Below, piece after piece: positions 36,701-48,638 of a DNA stretch of 64,000 bases. This DNA is from Neoconidiobolus thromboides FSU 785. Taxonomy: Eukaryota > Fungi > Entomophthoromycota. Below the pieces are notes generated by a model, which was not told the DNA's origin, did not search any database, and saw only the letters and a program-made list of their open reading frames with translations. Position 1 is the first letter of the stretch; the number at the start of each line of letters is the position of its first letter. Made by a program: the position numbers and the translations under genes. Location of the stretch: assembly GCA_025603075.1 (NCBI GenBank), contig MU626291.1, forward strand, positions 1-64,000. Reading direction: 5' to 3'.

Positions 36701-37932
36701 ACGAGCTATTATTGAGAGGTAAAATAATATATCATAATGTATATAATAATTTTTTTATTAAATTAATTTTAATCAATTAGTTCTGAAATGTCATTACAAA
36801 AAAGAATCGAATTTTTACAAAAAGCAGATTATCAATCGGATGACTTTAGGATCAAAGATAAAAGTTATAATAGAGACAATATTCGTAAAAATATCAAGTA
36901 TATGCTCCGAATTGCTAGGTTGCAAGATTTGATGGTAAAGGAATTGATTTCAGCTTCCCATCTTGCTAAAGATTTGACTGAAGAAGCTATTAAAGGGTTA
37001 AATTTTAAATTATATGAACCTGCTGAGGTTATTTTTTAATTTTTTAATTATTTAAATATTTATTAAATCAATTTTTTAGCTTTATGATGAATTTATTGAG
37101 TCTCTTGAATTACCTATATCTGAAATTGCAATTACAATTTTATTTTTTAATCAATCAAAGAGTAGAAAGGAACTTATTGTACTTATTGAAGAATGGTACA
37201 AATTATGTAAGATATAGTTCAATTTTTAAACTGTTGTCATTAATGTTTTAATAGTAAAGAAAAATACGGTCAAAGTAGATTTCCCAAAGACATTGAGAGA
37301 AAACTTAAATTCGATTGTAAAAGCAGTTACCAAATGTCATGAAACATCGTATATAAGTAAGTTAAATTTGGTATCAAATAAGATTTAATTAACAACTTTT
37401 TAGAATATTGGCATGTACCTTTATTCCGGGTGTTTGCAGAAAATATCAATACAATTACACTTGAGTGGGTTATAGATTCATTATCCGAATTAGGTTATAC
37501 TTCATTTGAAATTTTAGGATTTTTGATGACTGCTTTGAATAATGATGTAATATATTCAATTTATAATAAACATAATTTAATATTTTTTGAAATAGGAATA
37601 TCCATTCAGTTCACCCAAATTTTGTCATGAAGTATTGAATTTAATATTTGCTTTGATTGAAGATCAAAGTGATACTATGCTTAAAAATAAGTAAGTAAAG
37701 TCAGTTTTTCATTTTATTTTATTTTATCCACTTTTCTAGACACCAAGATATTACCCATGCATTATCAACGATCCCTCACACTGTCCCAACGCTTACAGAT
37801 AGAATTAAAGCATATGAAGTACCTAAACAACGCTTTGATTTTGATTATAAATTTAGAAAACATAGGTATGATGTATTGAATTCATATACTGATGAAAGAA
37901 GTACCAAAAGTAGGAAAATTGGAAATAATTAA
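33747..37932 (+). CDS. Nup170/Nup155-family nucleoporin paralog N2 (multi-exon)
   Basis: LYLWNY, STIDGRVFF...IYEVFYQ, RTFMILTTEGLYCIQKFRPIDCL, YEWFMESGHIKMLIEFQTPYLEQFL, SLQKRIEFLQKA; first intron 36719-36780, stop 37930-37932. Confidence 0.85.
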
Positions 37933-38239
37933 GAAAAGGATTAAAAAAGTTAAGATTCAATTGTATTCGTAGTGGTTTCAAACTTAATTCTAGTTGATAT
38001 ACTGAATTAAAAATTGTTCACGTTAAGTATATATTTTTTGAGTTTTTTAAAATGTGATTCGAGTAGTATTTTTAGTGATGTAGTTTTAAGTGCATTTAAG
38101 ATGTATTGTTTTTTTTGAAGTATTTTTATTAAATAGTTATGTTTTATAAGCTTTATTTATTTCACAGAAAGAATAACCTTTGAGTTAAAATGTTATGTTA
38201 AAATTAATATTAATTGTCAATTTAGAATTTTGGATCTTT

Positions 38240-39096
38240 TGTGAAATATCGCTTTGTCAGTCTCATGGTTAATTATAGCATAACAATCGCCTAAGCTGTT
38301 GTGTTCTTGAGTTCAGAGAAAATCAATCCCACGTTCTTAGTTTGATTTGCTATGAGAATTTCTAGCTCCATCCCAAAGAATATTATCTTCTCATTTTGAT
38401 ATTTATACTTTTCAGAGTATAAAAGAGCTTACAGAGTATTGTGAAATCTGGTACTCAGGGTTTGGAGTCAAGAACAGCTATTGCTGGGTTGACTACTCTA
38501 TAAGTCGAAAGGTCTTAGTTTATGTGACTAAGATAGACTTGGATTATGAGGAATAGCACGTAATAGGTTACAAGCTATATAAGACAAATAGAATAGACAA
38601 TACTAATGTAAAATACTATTAAGAAAACTTAGTGGCTTTATTAAATGTTCGAGATATCAGGGATTAATTCAGTTAAAAAGCCTCGAACTATTATACTCTG
38701 TAAACTCTTTTATACTCTGAAAAGTATAAGTATCAAAATGAGAAGATAATATTCTTTTGGGTGGAACTAGAAATTCTCATAACAAATCAAAATAATTAAC
38801 CATGGGACTGACGAAGCGATATTTCACAGTATAGTAGTTCGAAGCTTTTTAACTGAATTATTCCCTGATATCTCGAACATTTAATAAAACCACTAAGTTT
38901 TCTTAATAGTACTTTACATAGATTTTACATTAGTATTGTCTATTCTATTTGTCTTATATAGCTTGTAACCTATTACGTGCTATTCCTCATAATCCAAGTC
39001 TATCTTAGTCACATAAACTAAGACCTTTCGACTTATAGAGTAGTCAACCCAGCAATAGCTGTTCTTGACTCCAAACCCTGAGTACCAGATTTCACA
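38240..39096. mobile_element. Solo-LTR-like element (outer copy, about 464 bp, CTTT TSD) interrupted by an inverted copy of itself
   Basis: Starts TGTGAAAT, ends ATTTCACA; CTTT at 38236-38239 and 39097-39100; removing the inner copy restores the reverse complement of the inner copy. Confidence 0.8.
38440..38828. mobile_element. Solo-LTR-like element (inner copy, 389 bp, GTAT TSD, opposite orientation)
   Basis: TGTGAAAT...ATTTCACA flanked by GTAT at 38436-38439 and 38829-38832. Confidence 0.8.
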
Positions 39097-39437
39097 CTTT
39101 TTATATTGAGCTCTAAATGTTTTGCTAGCTGTTATCTGAGTGAAATTTAGGAATTTTTAAATTGTTGTATGCATATAAAAAAGGTTGACAGTTCTCTGAA
39201 TAGCTTAGTTGATTTGTTAAAACTAAGTTTTATAATTAGAGATGTTTTTATTTGAAATTGTAAAATGGAAAAATTTAAATGGGGATGTCTGAGTTAATTT
39301 CATTTTCCTATCCAATTTTTAAATATAATTCTTTTTTTAAAATTTATTAGTAATTATAAAAGTTTAAAAAAAGTACTAATTAAAATTTAAATAATCATCT
39401 GAAATTTAGCTAAATTTTGAACAGATTAAAATCAAAT

Positions 39438-39541
39438 ATTTGGGGATGTTTTTTTGGTTTCATTATTTTTCCATTTTTAAACGCTATTTGAGTGGAAAGA
39501 TTGTTGGCAAAATTCTTAAACAAAATAGTACATCCCCATTT
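39438..39541 (-). mobile_element. MITE copy (ATTT TSD)
   Basis: ATTT-GGGGATGT...ACATCCCC-ATTT; a non-palindromic direct repeat. Confidence 0.9.
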
Positions 39542-39944
39542 GTTCAATATAAGCAGCTATCATGGTAAAAATAAAAATATTAAAATGAGCTGTTTTTAAT
39601 AGAAGCATAAGCTAATGATTTGTTAAGCTTTTTTAATAATAAAAATGATATTATTAAATAATATAGTAATTTCAAAGATTGAAATATGTAAAAATTAAAG
39701 AAATTATTTGAGCTTATCAAATACAAAAGCTTTAAGTAAAGTATATAAATGATCTTAAGTTTTGTTTCAAACAGTTTTATTAATTGTTTTATAGTTTTTG
39801 TTTTTAAACAAAAATAGTAATATAAAATTTAAGTTATTAAAATGATTTATTTGTTAGCATGTTAATACAAATTTAATACTTTTTTATAACAGATTTCTTA
39901 AAATAAAATTATTACATTATGTCTGGAAATTTTAAAAGTAAATA

Positions 39945-40049
39945 ATATGATGATATTTTTTTTGGCTTCATTACTTTTTCTATCTTTTAAACACTATTTG
40001 AGTAGAAAAATTATTAGTGAAATTCTTATACAAAAATACATCTCTACAT
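39945..40049 (-). mobile_element. MITE copy
   Basis: Consensus match about 155 bp downstream of the S9 peptidase stop; flanks ATAT/ACAT. Confidence 0.85.
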
Positions 40050-40203
40050 GCTTTGAATCTTTTTTAAAGCTATACTAAATAACAAATTCATTATGATTTG
40101 TTAAAATTAAACTAATTAAAATTTACTATAAATAACATGAAACAAAGTTAATTTACTAAAAATGAACAATCTAATATTCAAAAAACAGCTTTATTTTTAA
40201 ATT

Positions 40204-42267
40204 TTAATTATCAATTGGAACTGGATAAGGGGTTGTATAATTAATCCATTTAGCGGACCAATTCAAACATTCATTCATCCATTTAAGTGAATTAGCATTT
40301 CTAAGTACATGATGTGATTCATTAGGAAAATATAGGAATTTAGCTGGTATTTTTCTTCTTAACAAAGCATTATAAGTCGCTATCCCTTCACTTTCTGGTA
40401 CTTGATAATCTTTACCACCATGAATAACTAACATTGGTGTTTTCCATTTTTGAATATAACTTGAAGGAGAATCCCTTAGTGCAATAGATTTTACTTTAGT
40501 ATCCCATATATCTCCCCCCAATTCTGCAGTCATAAAATGTTGTACATCAATAGTATGATATAAATGAGTTAAATCAAATATACCAGCATGGGAAACAATG
40601 GCTTTGAATAGGTTTGTCCGACCATTTAACATATTCATCATATAGCCGCCATAGCTACCACCCCATGCAATGACTTTGGTTGCATCTAAATATTTATGTT
40701 CTTTTAATACATAGTCTAATCCCTTCAATGTATCTTCCACAGGTAATGTACCCCAATTACTAATAACTGAATTTATAAATTTATGACCCCAACCATAAGA
40801 ACCATGGAAATTAATACTAACTAAAACATAACCGGCATTAACAGGTATTTGATAATTCCATCGATTGGACCAATTATCATTAAATGGGTTTTCAGGACCA
40901 CCGTGAGACCAATATATTACTGGGTATTTTTTAGTAGAATCAAAATTAGGTGGTTTAATTATAAAACCTTGCACTGTTTGATTTAAAGCACCAGTGAAAT
41001 AAAAAGGTTCATACGAATTTAATTGAAATTGTTGTAAATATTCAATATTAATATTTGATAATAGTTTTAAATCATTACCATCTTTTTTAACTGAATATAA
41101 TTCTTGTGGATGTTTTGAAGAATGTCTTACTACTATTAATTCATCTTTTAATTCTTTTAATAAAGAGGTACCTCCTGTTTTGACTATTGCTTTATATTCT
41201 TCTGTTTTTATATTTAACTCAAATAATTTATCGTAGCCATTATCAGGTATTGTCAAATATAAACAATCTCCATCATTTGAAAATGTAATAACTTCAAAAT
41301 GAGCATCCCAATTTTTAGCTATTATTTGAGTCTTCTTTGTTTCTAAATTATAATACACTATCTTTGTTTTATCTGCTGTATTAATATCACTATCCATTTG
41401 AACCCAAGCTAAATAGTTTCCATTAGGTGAAAATTTGGGACTTGTAATTAAACCTTTATCTTTTTCAGATATTAATATAGGTTCTGATTTTCCGTCAGTA
41501 GCTACTAAATATAATTCAACAGTGGATTTAATAGCTTGATATTTAGTATTTGGACGAGTTAAGAAAGCAACCCATTTCCCATTTGGGGATAAAGCATAAG
41601 CATGATCTTCATAGTAAGGTCTTAATGGGGATTCCAAATTGGGAATATTTTTTAATAAATCAATACTCTCACTGACTATTTTATCCTTAAAGAAATCACT
41701 AACAAATACATGTTGATTAATATAATCATACCATTGATCCCAATTTCGAACATAACTTTGTTCAAAAGTAACTCCGCTACTAAAACTTTTTTGCATCTTT
41801 TTAACAGTTACTCCAGAGGTAAAGATTAATTTGTTGTGCTCTAAATTGATTTTAACTCCATTAATATCTCCCACTGTAAAATTACTATGTTGAAATAAAG
41901 AACTTTTGCCCAATTTTAAATCTAAGGACCAAATATTGGGACTACCGGATCTTTCGGATACAAATGCAATTCGATTTTCATCAATAAATGAAATAGGGAC
42001 AAAATCATTAGTTGTTAATTCGGTGATATCTTTAGTTACATTAAGGGTAGTATCCAATAATTTATATAATGTAGTTTTACGATCTGTTTCCTTATTATAG
42101 GTAGTGGAGGAGTAAATAAATTGAGTTCCATTATCGGAGGAGGTAAAATAGTATGGACGAGCCATGGTCACTAAATCCGAAGGTGTAAAAGCTACACTTT
42201 GGCTTAAGACAGCCAATGGTGTAATGCATAAAGTTATTAATGATATAACAAATGGCTTATGAACCAT
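40204..42267 (-). CDS. Secreted S9 prolyl-oligopeptidase-family peptidase (dipeptidyl-peptidase V-like)
   Basis: Signal peptide; propeller repeats (ALSPNGKWVAF, PKFSPNGNYLAW); HGGP; nucleophile GGSYGG; HGGKDYQV (Asp); FPNESHHV (His); intronless. Confidence 0.92.
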   Translation of the reverse strand: MVHKPFVISLITLCITPLAVLSQSVAFTPSDLVTMARPYYFTSSDNGTQFIYSSTTYNKETDRKTTLYKLLDTTLNVTKDITELTTNDFVPISFIDENRIAFVSERSGSPNIWSLDLKLGKSSLFQHSNFTVGDINGVKINLEHNKLIFTSGVTVKKMQKSFSSGVTFEQSYVRNWDQWYDYINQHVFVSDFFKDKIVSESIDLLKNIPNLESPLRPYYEDHAYALSPNGKWVAFLTRPNTKYQAIKSTVELYLVATDGKSEPILISEKDKGLITSPKFSPNGNYLAWVQMDSDINTADKTKIVYYNLETKKTQIIAKNWDAHFEVITFSNDGDCLYLTIPDNGYDKLFELNIKTEEYKAIVKTGGTSLLKELKDELIVVRHSSKHPQELYSVKKDGNDLKLLSNINIEYLQQFQLNSYEPFYFTGALNQTVQGFIIKPPNFDSTKKYPVIYWSHGGPENPFNDNWSNRWNYQIPVNAGYVLVSINFHGSYGWGHKFINSVISNWGTLPVEDTLKGLDYVLKEHKYLDATKVIAWGGSYGGYMMNMLNGRTNLFKAIVSHAGIFDLTHLYHTIDVQHFMTAELGGDIWDTKVKSIALRDSPSSYIQKWKTPMLVIHGGKDYQVPESEGIATYNALLRRKIPAKFLYFPNESHHVLRNANSLKWMNECLNWSAKWINYTTPYPVPIDN

Positions 42268-43660
42268 TTTTATAAAGCGACAACTAATTTTATTATTATT
42301 GAATTTAATAAAATATGGAGTGTTTTATTGAGTATTTATACTTTTGTTATAAACACTCGATAATACTTATGTTAATAAAGATTAGTAATTCAAAACAATC
42401 ATTATTTATGTGCTAATTGTATATATCAACCTTATTTTTTTATTGAGTTAAATTTAATTATAATTGAAAATTGGGATATTCTAAATGGTTGAAATTATTA
42501 TTTTTCTATCTAATTAAATTCATGATCATGTTATAATTGATTAATATTTTAAAAAAATATCGCTTTAACAAGTATTTATGGTAAAAGTTATTAAAAAATA
42601 TTAATCCTTAAAATATATTATTTTTCATAAGTGTAATGCTATATTTTATTTTAAATTAGTACAATATTTATATATGCTATCAAATATAAGCATTTAATAT
42701 ACTACAACTATCCTTTCTATTTTTAATAACTACATCCAATAACTTCCTGATTAATTGTTTTAAAGAATAAGGATAAGGGTTTTATTAAATGTCATAATAT
42801 TTTCTTGAATTCAATTATTCAAAGTATAATAATAATATATTAATTCAACATCACATCACTCATTTTGATTTTCTTGCAGAGATTTAGCTAAATATGGAAA
42901 TTACTAAAAATAATTGAATTATTCAAATTCAAATCCAAAGATAAATGAAATAATAGAATAGTTAATATGTTATAGAAACAAAGTAATTGAAATTTACTTT
43001 TATTAGTAGATACTATAATAGTTAAAGTTTATTCTATTTACTATTATTACTTAACCTTATTTCAAATTCCTTTTTAAAAACCTTAGATATCATTCTAAAT
43101 AGTTCAAAATAAAGTTGAAATTTCAATAGTTTTATTGTATATTAGTTTAAAAAAATAATTAACCTCGAAATGATAGACAGAAAACTCGCTTATTATAATC
43201 GGAATAAAAGAATCTCTACTTTTTTCTTATTTCAATTTACTCAATGCTCTGGTAAATAATTCGATTTTTTAACCATTAGAATTCTCCAAAATGGAAGGAG
43301 CAAAAGCCGATTTATCCAAGATTCAAATTTTGAATCAAAACTTTAAACCTTAATTTTTACCATTTATAGCAATTTCTTTTGAAAAGTGCGTAAATGGAAA
43401 TGAAAATTAAATTATTAAATTATATCTAATATTATAACAATTGATATTAATATAATAAAGTTAATAAAAAAATAAAATAGTTTGTTTTTTTAGGAACATT
43501 GTCAAACTATTATGATTAATATCAAATTAAATTATAAGACCCATTAGGCAGATTAAAAAGAATTAGCTATAAGATAAAAAACAATCAAAAAACTTGATTA
43601 TTCAATTTAAAAAAGTATTTTATATTTAAATAATAAAAAAAGAATTCCCTGCATTTCCGA

Positions 43661-46600
43661 TTATTCTAAGGTAGATGATTCCTTATTAAAAGTAAAATTA
43701 TTCGGTGGTAATCCAACTTGATAACTATTTTTATCACTACGATTCCTTTTCCATTCGTTAATGAACTCCTCTTTATTTTCCAAATTCAATATTCTTTTAC
43801 GTTGTTTACAATTTTCTAAGTTTTCTCTTTTCATTTCCTCTCTTACTATTTCTCCATATTTTTCTTCTAATAAATTGATTGGTGTTAAATGCTCATTATA
43901 TCTTTTGCCATAATTTATTAATTGATGTCGATAAGTGGAAAGTTCCTGTTGTTTTTTATTATCTTCTAAGGCGGTTGAAAATGATTTTGCTTTTCTTGCA
44001 GATAATGGTAAATGTTGAATTAATTCTTGTAAATAATCCTTTTCGATTGAATTCTGTGGTTGAATATTATATAAATAAGGTGTAACAAACCCAATTCTAT
44101 ATAAAATTAAAAGATTAATACAATATTATTATTATTATTATTAGAACTCACTCTTTTTCCAATTCATAGTTGTTCTTCATATACATAATAATTGAATGAA
44201 TTGCTTTTAATATATTAATATTAAGAATGTTATTCTTTGAATTTAGATTCAATTGAAACTAAAAATAAAAACAAAATAATAGAGATTAATTATAAATCAT
44301 AATAAAATGATTAATAAACTACCTGGTTTTTTAACATTGATTTTAATCCTAATAATAAATCGTTATTTTTAAAACCGAATTCGATTAAATGTTGAATTAT
44401 CCATTCAAGATTAACGGAAGTTATATTGGAAAATTCACATAAAAATAGTTGAATAATGGGTTCTATAAATGAATTAAAATAATTAATATTAATTATAATA
44501 ACAATATAGTATATATAATAAAACTTACTTAAATGAATATGATTCAATGGTTTACTTACATATTCAAAGATTGATTTTAATTCTTTCATTATCGTTTCTG
44601 CTTCTTCAAAAGTCTCGTTTTTATTTACTGATAAATAATAAATAATGATTTTATTAATTTATTAACATTATCTATAATTTATTAACTTACTTTGATTAAA
44701 TAAATTTCTCCATAATTTTTCTGCTTCTATTTCATTAAAAATATTACCAAATGCTAATTTATAAATAATTTGTAATTTTATATAATTATTGAAATTATCT
44801 AATTCATGAGTCATCTAAATTAAAAAACAAAAAGAATTAAACTCAAATGATAATAACATACAATTAATACTTACTTCGTCAATGGAATAATACCTTTGAT
44901 TTAATCTGTCAATTATATTTTGATATTTATCAATTTGTTCGTTTTCTTTTGTTCTAATTTCTCCTTGTAATATACGTTGAAAATTAATCATTTTAACTCC
45001 ATGATTAATCTTATGTAACCATTCATATTTGAAACTTTCTTCTTCATTTTTATGAATTTTATGAGCAGAATTATCTGCTTTTATTAATAGTTTCATTCTT
45101 TCGTATGAATCTAAACTTTCTCTAGAATAAGAACGTAAGAGAATATTCAAGAATTTAACTTAAAAAAAGCTTACAAATTACTCATCGCTTTTTCCGTATA
45201 TAATTTAGTTAACTTTAAATAATCTTGATTATACTCATAATAAACTTCCAAAATAGGTTGACCATTAGCAGTAACTTTACTTGATGCTAAATATTTTTCC
45301 AAGTATTCGTTCTTAAAATCAAACAATAAATATGCCAGTCCATTTTGAATATAATATTCATAAATATAATCATACAATTGATCATCTTTCAATTCCATAA
45401 GTACAGTTTCAATAAATCTTAAAACAGTTTGATATTCTGTTAATGTTGAACTTACTTGAGTATACCCCGTTTGTGGTGTATATTGAAATTTGATATTATT
45501 ATTAATGGATTTTTCTTTTTCTTCTCTTTTTAACATATCTTCTTTTTTTAATAATGGTAATAAATGATTTAATGGTAATTCTAATAATTTATAATATTCA
45601 CTATTTATTATATTATTATTATCATGTCCTTCTTTTGTCATTATAGTTGATATTAATTTTAAATTATTAATAATAGTTTGAATGGCATTAATAGGTTGAT
45701 TTGATTCCAAATAAAGATTTACTATTAATTGAAGCTTCCTTTTACTTAATGGCTGTTTGTTAAGCTTCAAAGTTGATTCTGCTTTACTTTGGTAATCTAA
45801 CTTATAAAACTTATTACTTTGTGTTAAACTTAAATTTAGATATTCCATAGCCTATTAAATAAGGTTAATCTTTATAATTATACTGGAATAGCTATTATTT
45901 TACCTTATAAACATAATATTCATTTTCAGATATTAAAGTAGGACAATATTGACGAATAATTTCCAACACAGATGAATCCTAAAACAATAAATTAATAAAA
46001 CAACACTAAACAAACAATAAATAAAACATACTGTATCTTTGGCTTCTTTTAATTCTTTAATTGTATTAATTAAACCCAAAATAATAAATTCAATAAATTC
46101 TGTGTTATTATTATTATTATTTAAATTTAAAATATCATTAAATGTTAGTTGAGATAAATTAATAATAGATTGTTGATCTAATTTTTTAATTAAATATAAT
46201 GTGTTTAATTCAAATAATAATAACAAAAATTCTATTAATTCTAGTATTCGATTAATGACTTTGATTAATTCATCTATTAATGGATTTGATTGATTTATTG
46301 GTAATAATTTTCTATCGTTATTGTAAAATTGAACCAAATCATTATCATTGTTACTATTAAATAAACTAAATTGACTTAATACAACAATGAATTGATAAAT
46401 GGATTTTTGTATAAATTTTAATTTAGTGATATTATTATTAAATTGAATATTAACAATTTGTTGATTTTGATTTGTATTAACTTTTAATAATGGTGTATTA
46501 AAGATTGGTGACAAAATACCAGCTAATCCACGAATACAAGCTAAATATTGAATCTTTTTCTCAATTTTTTCTTGTTGACCATTGACTTGTACTATTATAT

Positions 46601-48341
46601 AACTTTTATTAAATAATGATTCATATTGTTGATAGTTTTTTAGAATAATGTTTAATATGGGTTTATATTCATTTAGTTTGTTGTGTTGATCTTCTAACTG
46701 TAAATCCTTATTGAATTGATTATTAATAAAATATGGATATTTTGATAATAATAAATAACATAAACTTAATGTTTCAATAATACCATATTTGATAATAAAA
46801 CTCTTTAACTCCTTGTTATTTATAATATTTTCTTCATTTAATAAATCAATTGTATTTCTATTCTTTAATTGAATTAAATTATCTAATATATATTTCAATT
46901 GATCAATTGGTCGAAATTTAATTAACTTATATATCTTTTTATTACTTAAGATATAAATTTGACGTTGATAAAAATAGTACTGGCTATTTGTATTATCTGA
47001 ATAATAATCTTTAATATTGATATTCATTATGTTATCTATTTTTTTATCTTCCATAAAATCCATAACTCTTTCTTGCTGATCAAAGTTACTTTGAATATCA
47101 TAAGTAACTAATGTATCTATCCCAAATAATGATTTTTTATCTTCGTTATTAACTTGATCAACCAACACATTTTTGTTGTTTAAATATTCACTCGCACATT
47201 CAGAATATTTGATTTGAATTATATTATCCTCTTTATTATTATCTTCATAAATAAAACAACTCATTAACATACCATTATAATATTCTCCATTATAATACGT
47301 GTTTTTAAATGTAGTATCTTGATTACCAATAATAAAATGACTTACTTCTAGGTTACCAACTTCATTTATTAACTTGTCATCCGTCGATTTTAAATAAATC
47401 CAAGTACCATCATAAGTTAATAATACTAATCGAATTAAATCTTCCTTTTGTTTTGGTATAATATTCAATTTCACAATCCCTTTTGAAATAGCCCTTTTTA
47501 ATTGATTATTTTTCAAAAAAGTAGGTGAAAGATGAGTTATTGTTGCTTTCCATTGAAATAAATCGCCTTTTATATCATAAATATCAATATTGGTATCCTT
47601 ATTTAAAGTATATAATGTATTCCTTTCCAAATCAATTTGTAAACCTCTTAAATTTTTATAACGAAAATCAAAAAATTTAGTTATTATAGAGAGGTAGTTT
47701 GTGTGATTTACTACTGATGTTTGTTTTGAAAATAAGCTTGATTTCAATTGATACTTTAATTCTAATACATCACCATTATTAGCCAAAAATATTCTTCCTT
47801 CATTTGTTGAAGCAATCAAATCATTTTCATAACAATAACAATCAAACTTATAAGGAGTATGTAATACTTGAATCTTATCCTCATCTATTTTAATCCCATA
47901 TAAATAAACCTTACTTTGAAATCCAATCAATAATCCTTTGATTACGCTTTCTTCAAAGCATTCTTTTTTGATATCAACAACACTTATAAATTTAAACTGA
48001 TCTTCCAGTAATTCAATCTGAATCAAATCTTTTTTGAAATCCCATAAATTCAATTGTCCATCAGTGACATAATAAAGATAATTGATCTCTTTTAGTAGCC
48101 CTTTTTTGATATTGGCATCTTGTAATTTCAATGCTATTGATGGTGGCGACTCGTAATGAGTTAATGAAAACTCAGATAAACAAGAACCTTGTTTTTCTAT
48201 GGTGGAGGTAAGATACAACTCAGAATGGTAACCCTTTATTTGAGAAGTTAAATCGGATACGATTTCATTTTGATAATGGGCATTAAGTGAATATAGTGAT
48301 TCACTATCACTTAGAGTCTTGTTTTCGGTGGTTGAATTCAT
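43661..48341 (-). CDS. Nup170/Nup155-family nucleoporin paralog N3 (multi-exon)
   Basis: LNLWDF, STNEGRIFLANNGDVLELKYQ, IDLERNTLYTL, KFRPIDQL, YERMKLLIKA; exon 1 48341-46032, 75-nt exon 45978-45904, intron 45174-45122; stop 43661-43663. Confidence 0.8.
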
Positions 48342-48536
48342 TCTCCTTGATTGAAATAAAAAACTAAAAAAGTTTTTCAAAGGTTTTGTCAAAAAAAATT
48401 TTAAAAATTTTAAAAATTTTAAAAATTTCAATTAGTCATTTTCGTCATTAACCAATAAAATTAAAGCAAAATATCAAAAAAAATCCAAAAAAAAATGTAG
48501 TAAAATTCCAGCCAGCATATCCTTTATATTTATATA

Positions 48537-48638
48537 GTATGAAAGTGTTTTAGTTTCATCACCTTTTTCATTCTCTAAGTGCTATTTGGGTGGAAAAATT
48601 GTCAGTAAAGTTCTTAAACAAAAAACATAACCCCATAT
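48537..48638 (-). mobile_element. MITE copy about 200 bp upstream of N3
   Basis: Reverse-orientation consensus match. Confidence 0.8.

Noticed and set aside
38240-39096. Reading A-B-rc(A)-rc(B) as DIRS/Ngaro split repeats or a circular permutation
   Set aside because: Two clean 4-bp TSD pairs explain it fully as a nested insertion; no tyrosine recombinase or RT nearby.
43149-43350. Possible tiny plus-strand gene (MIDRK... / MEGAKADLSK...)
   Set aside because: Frames under 35 codons, implausibly short intron needed, and no homology signal.
48342-48431. N-terminal MKFLKFLKFLKF extension of N3
   Set aside because: It is the translation of a tandem AAAAATTTT promoter tract; the ATG at 48341 is more plausible.
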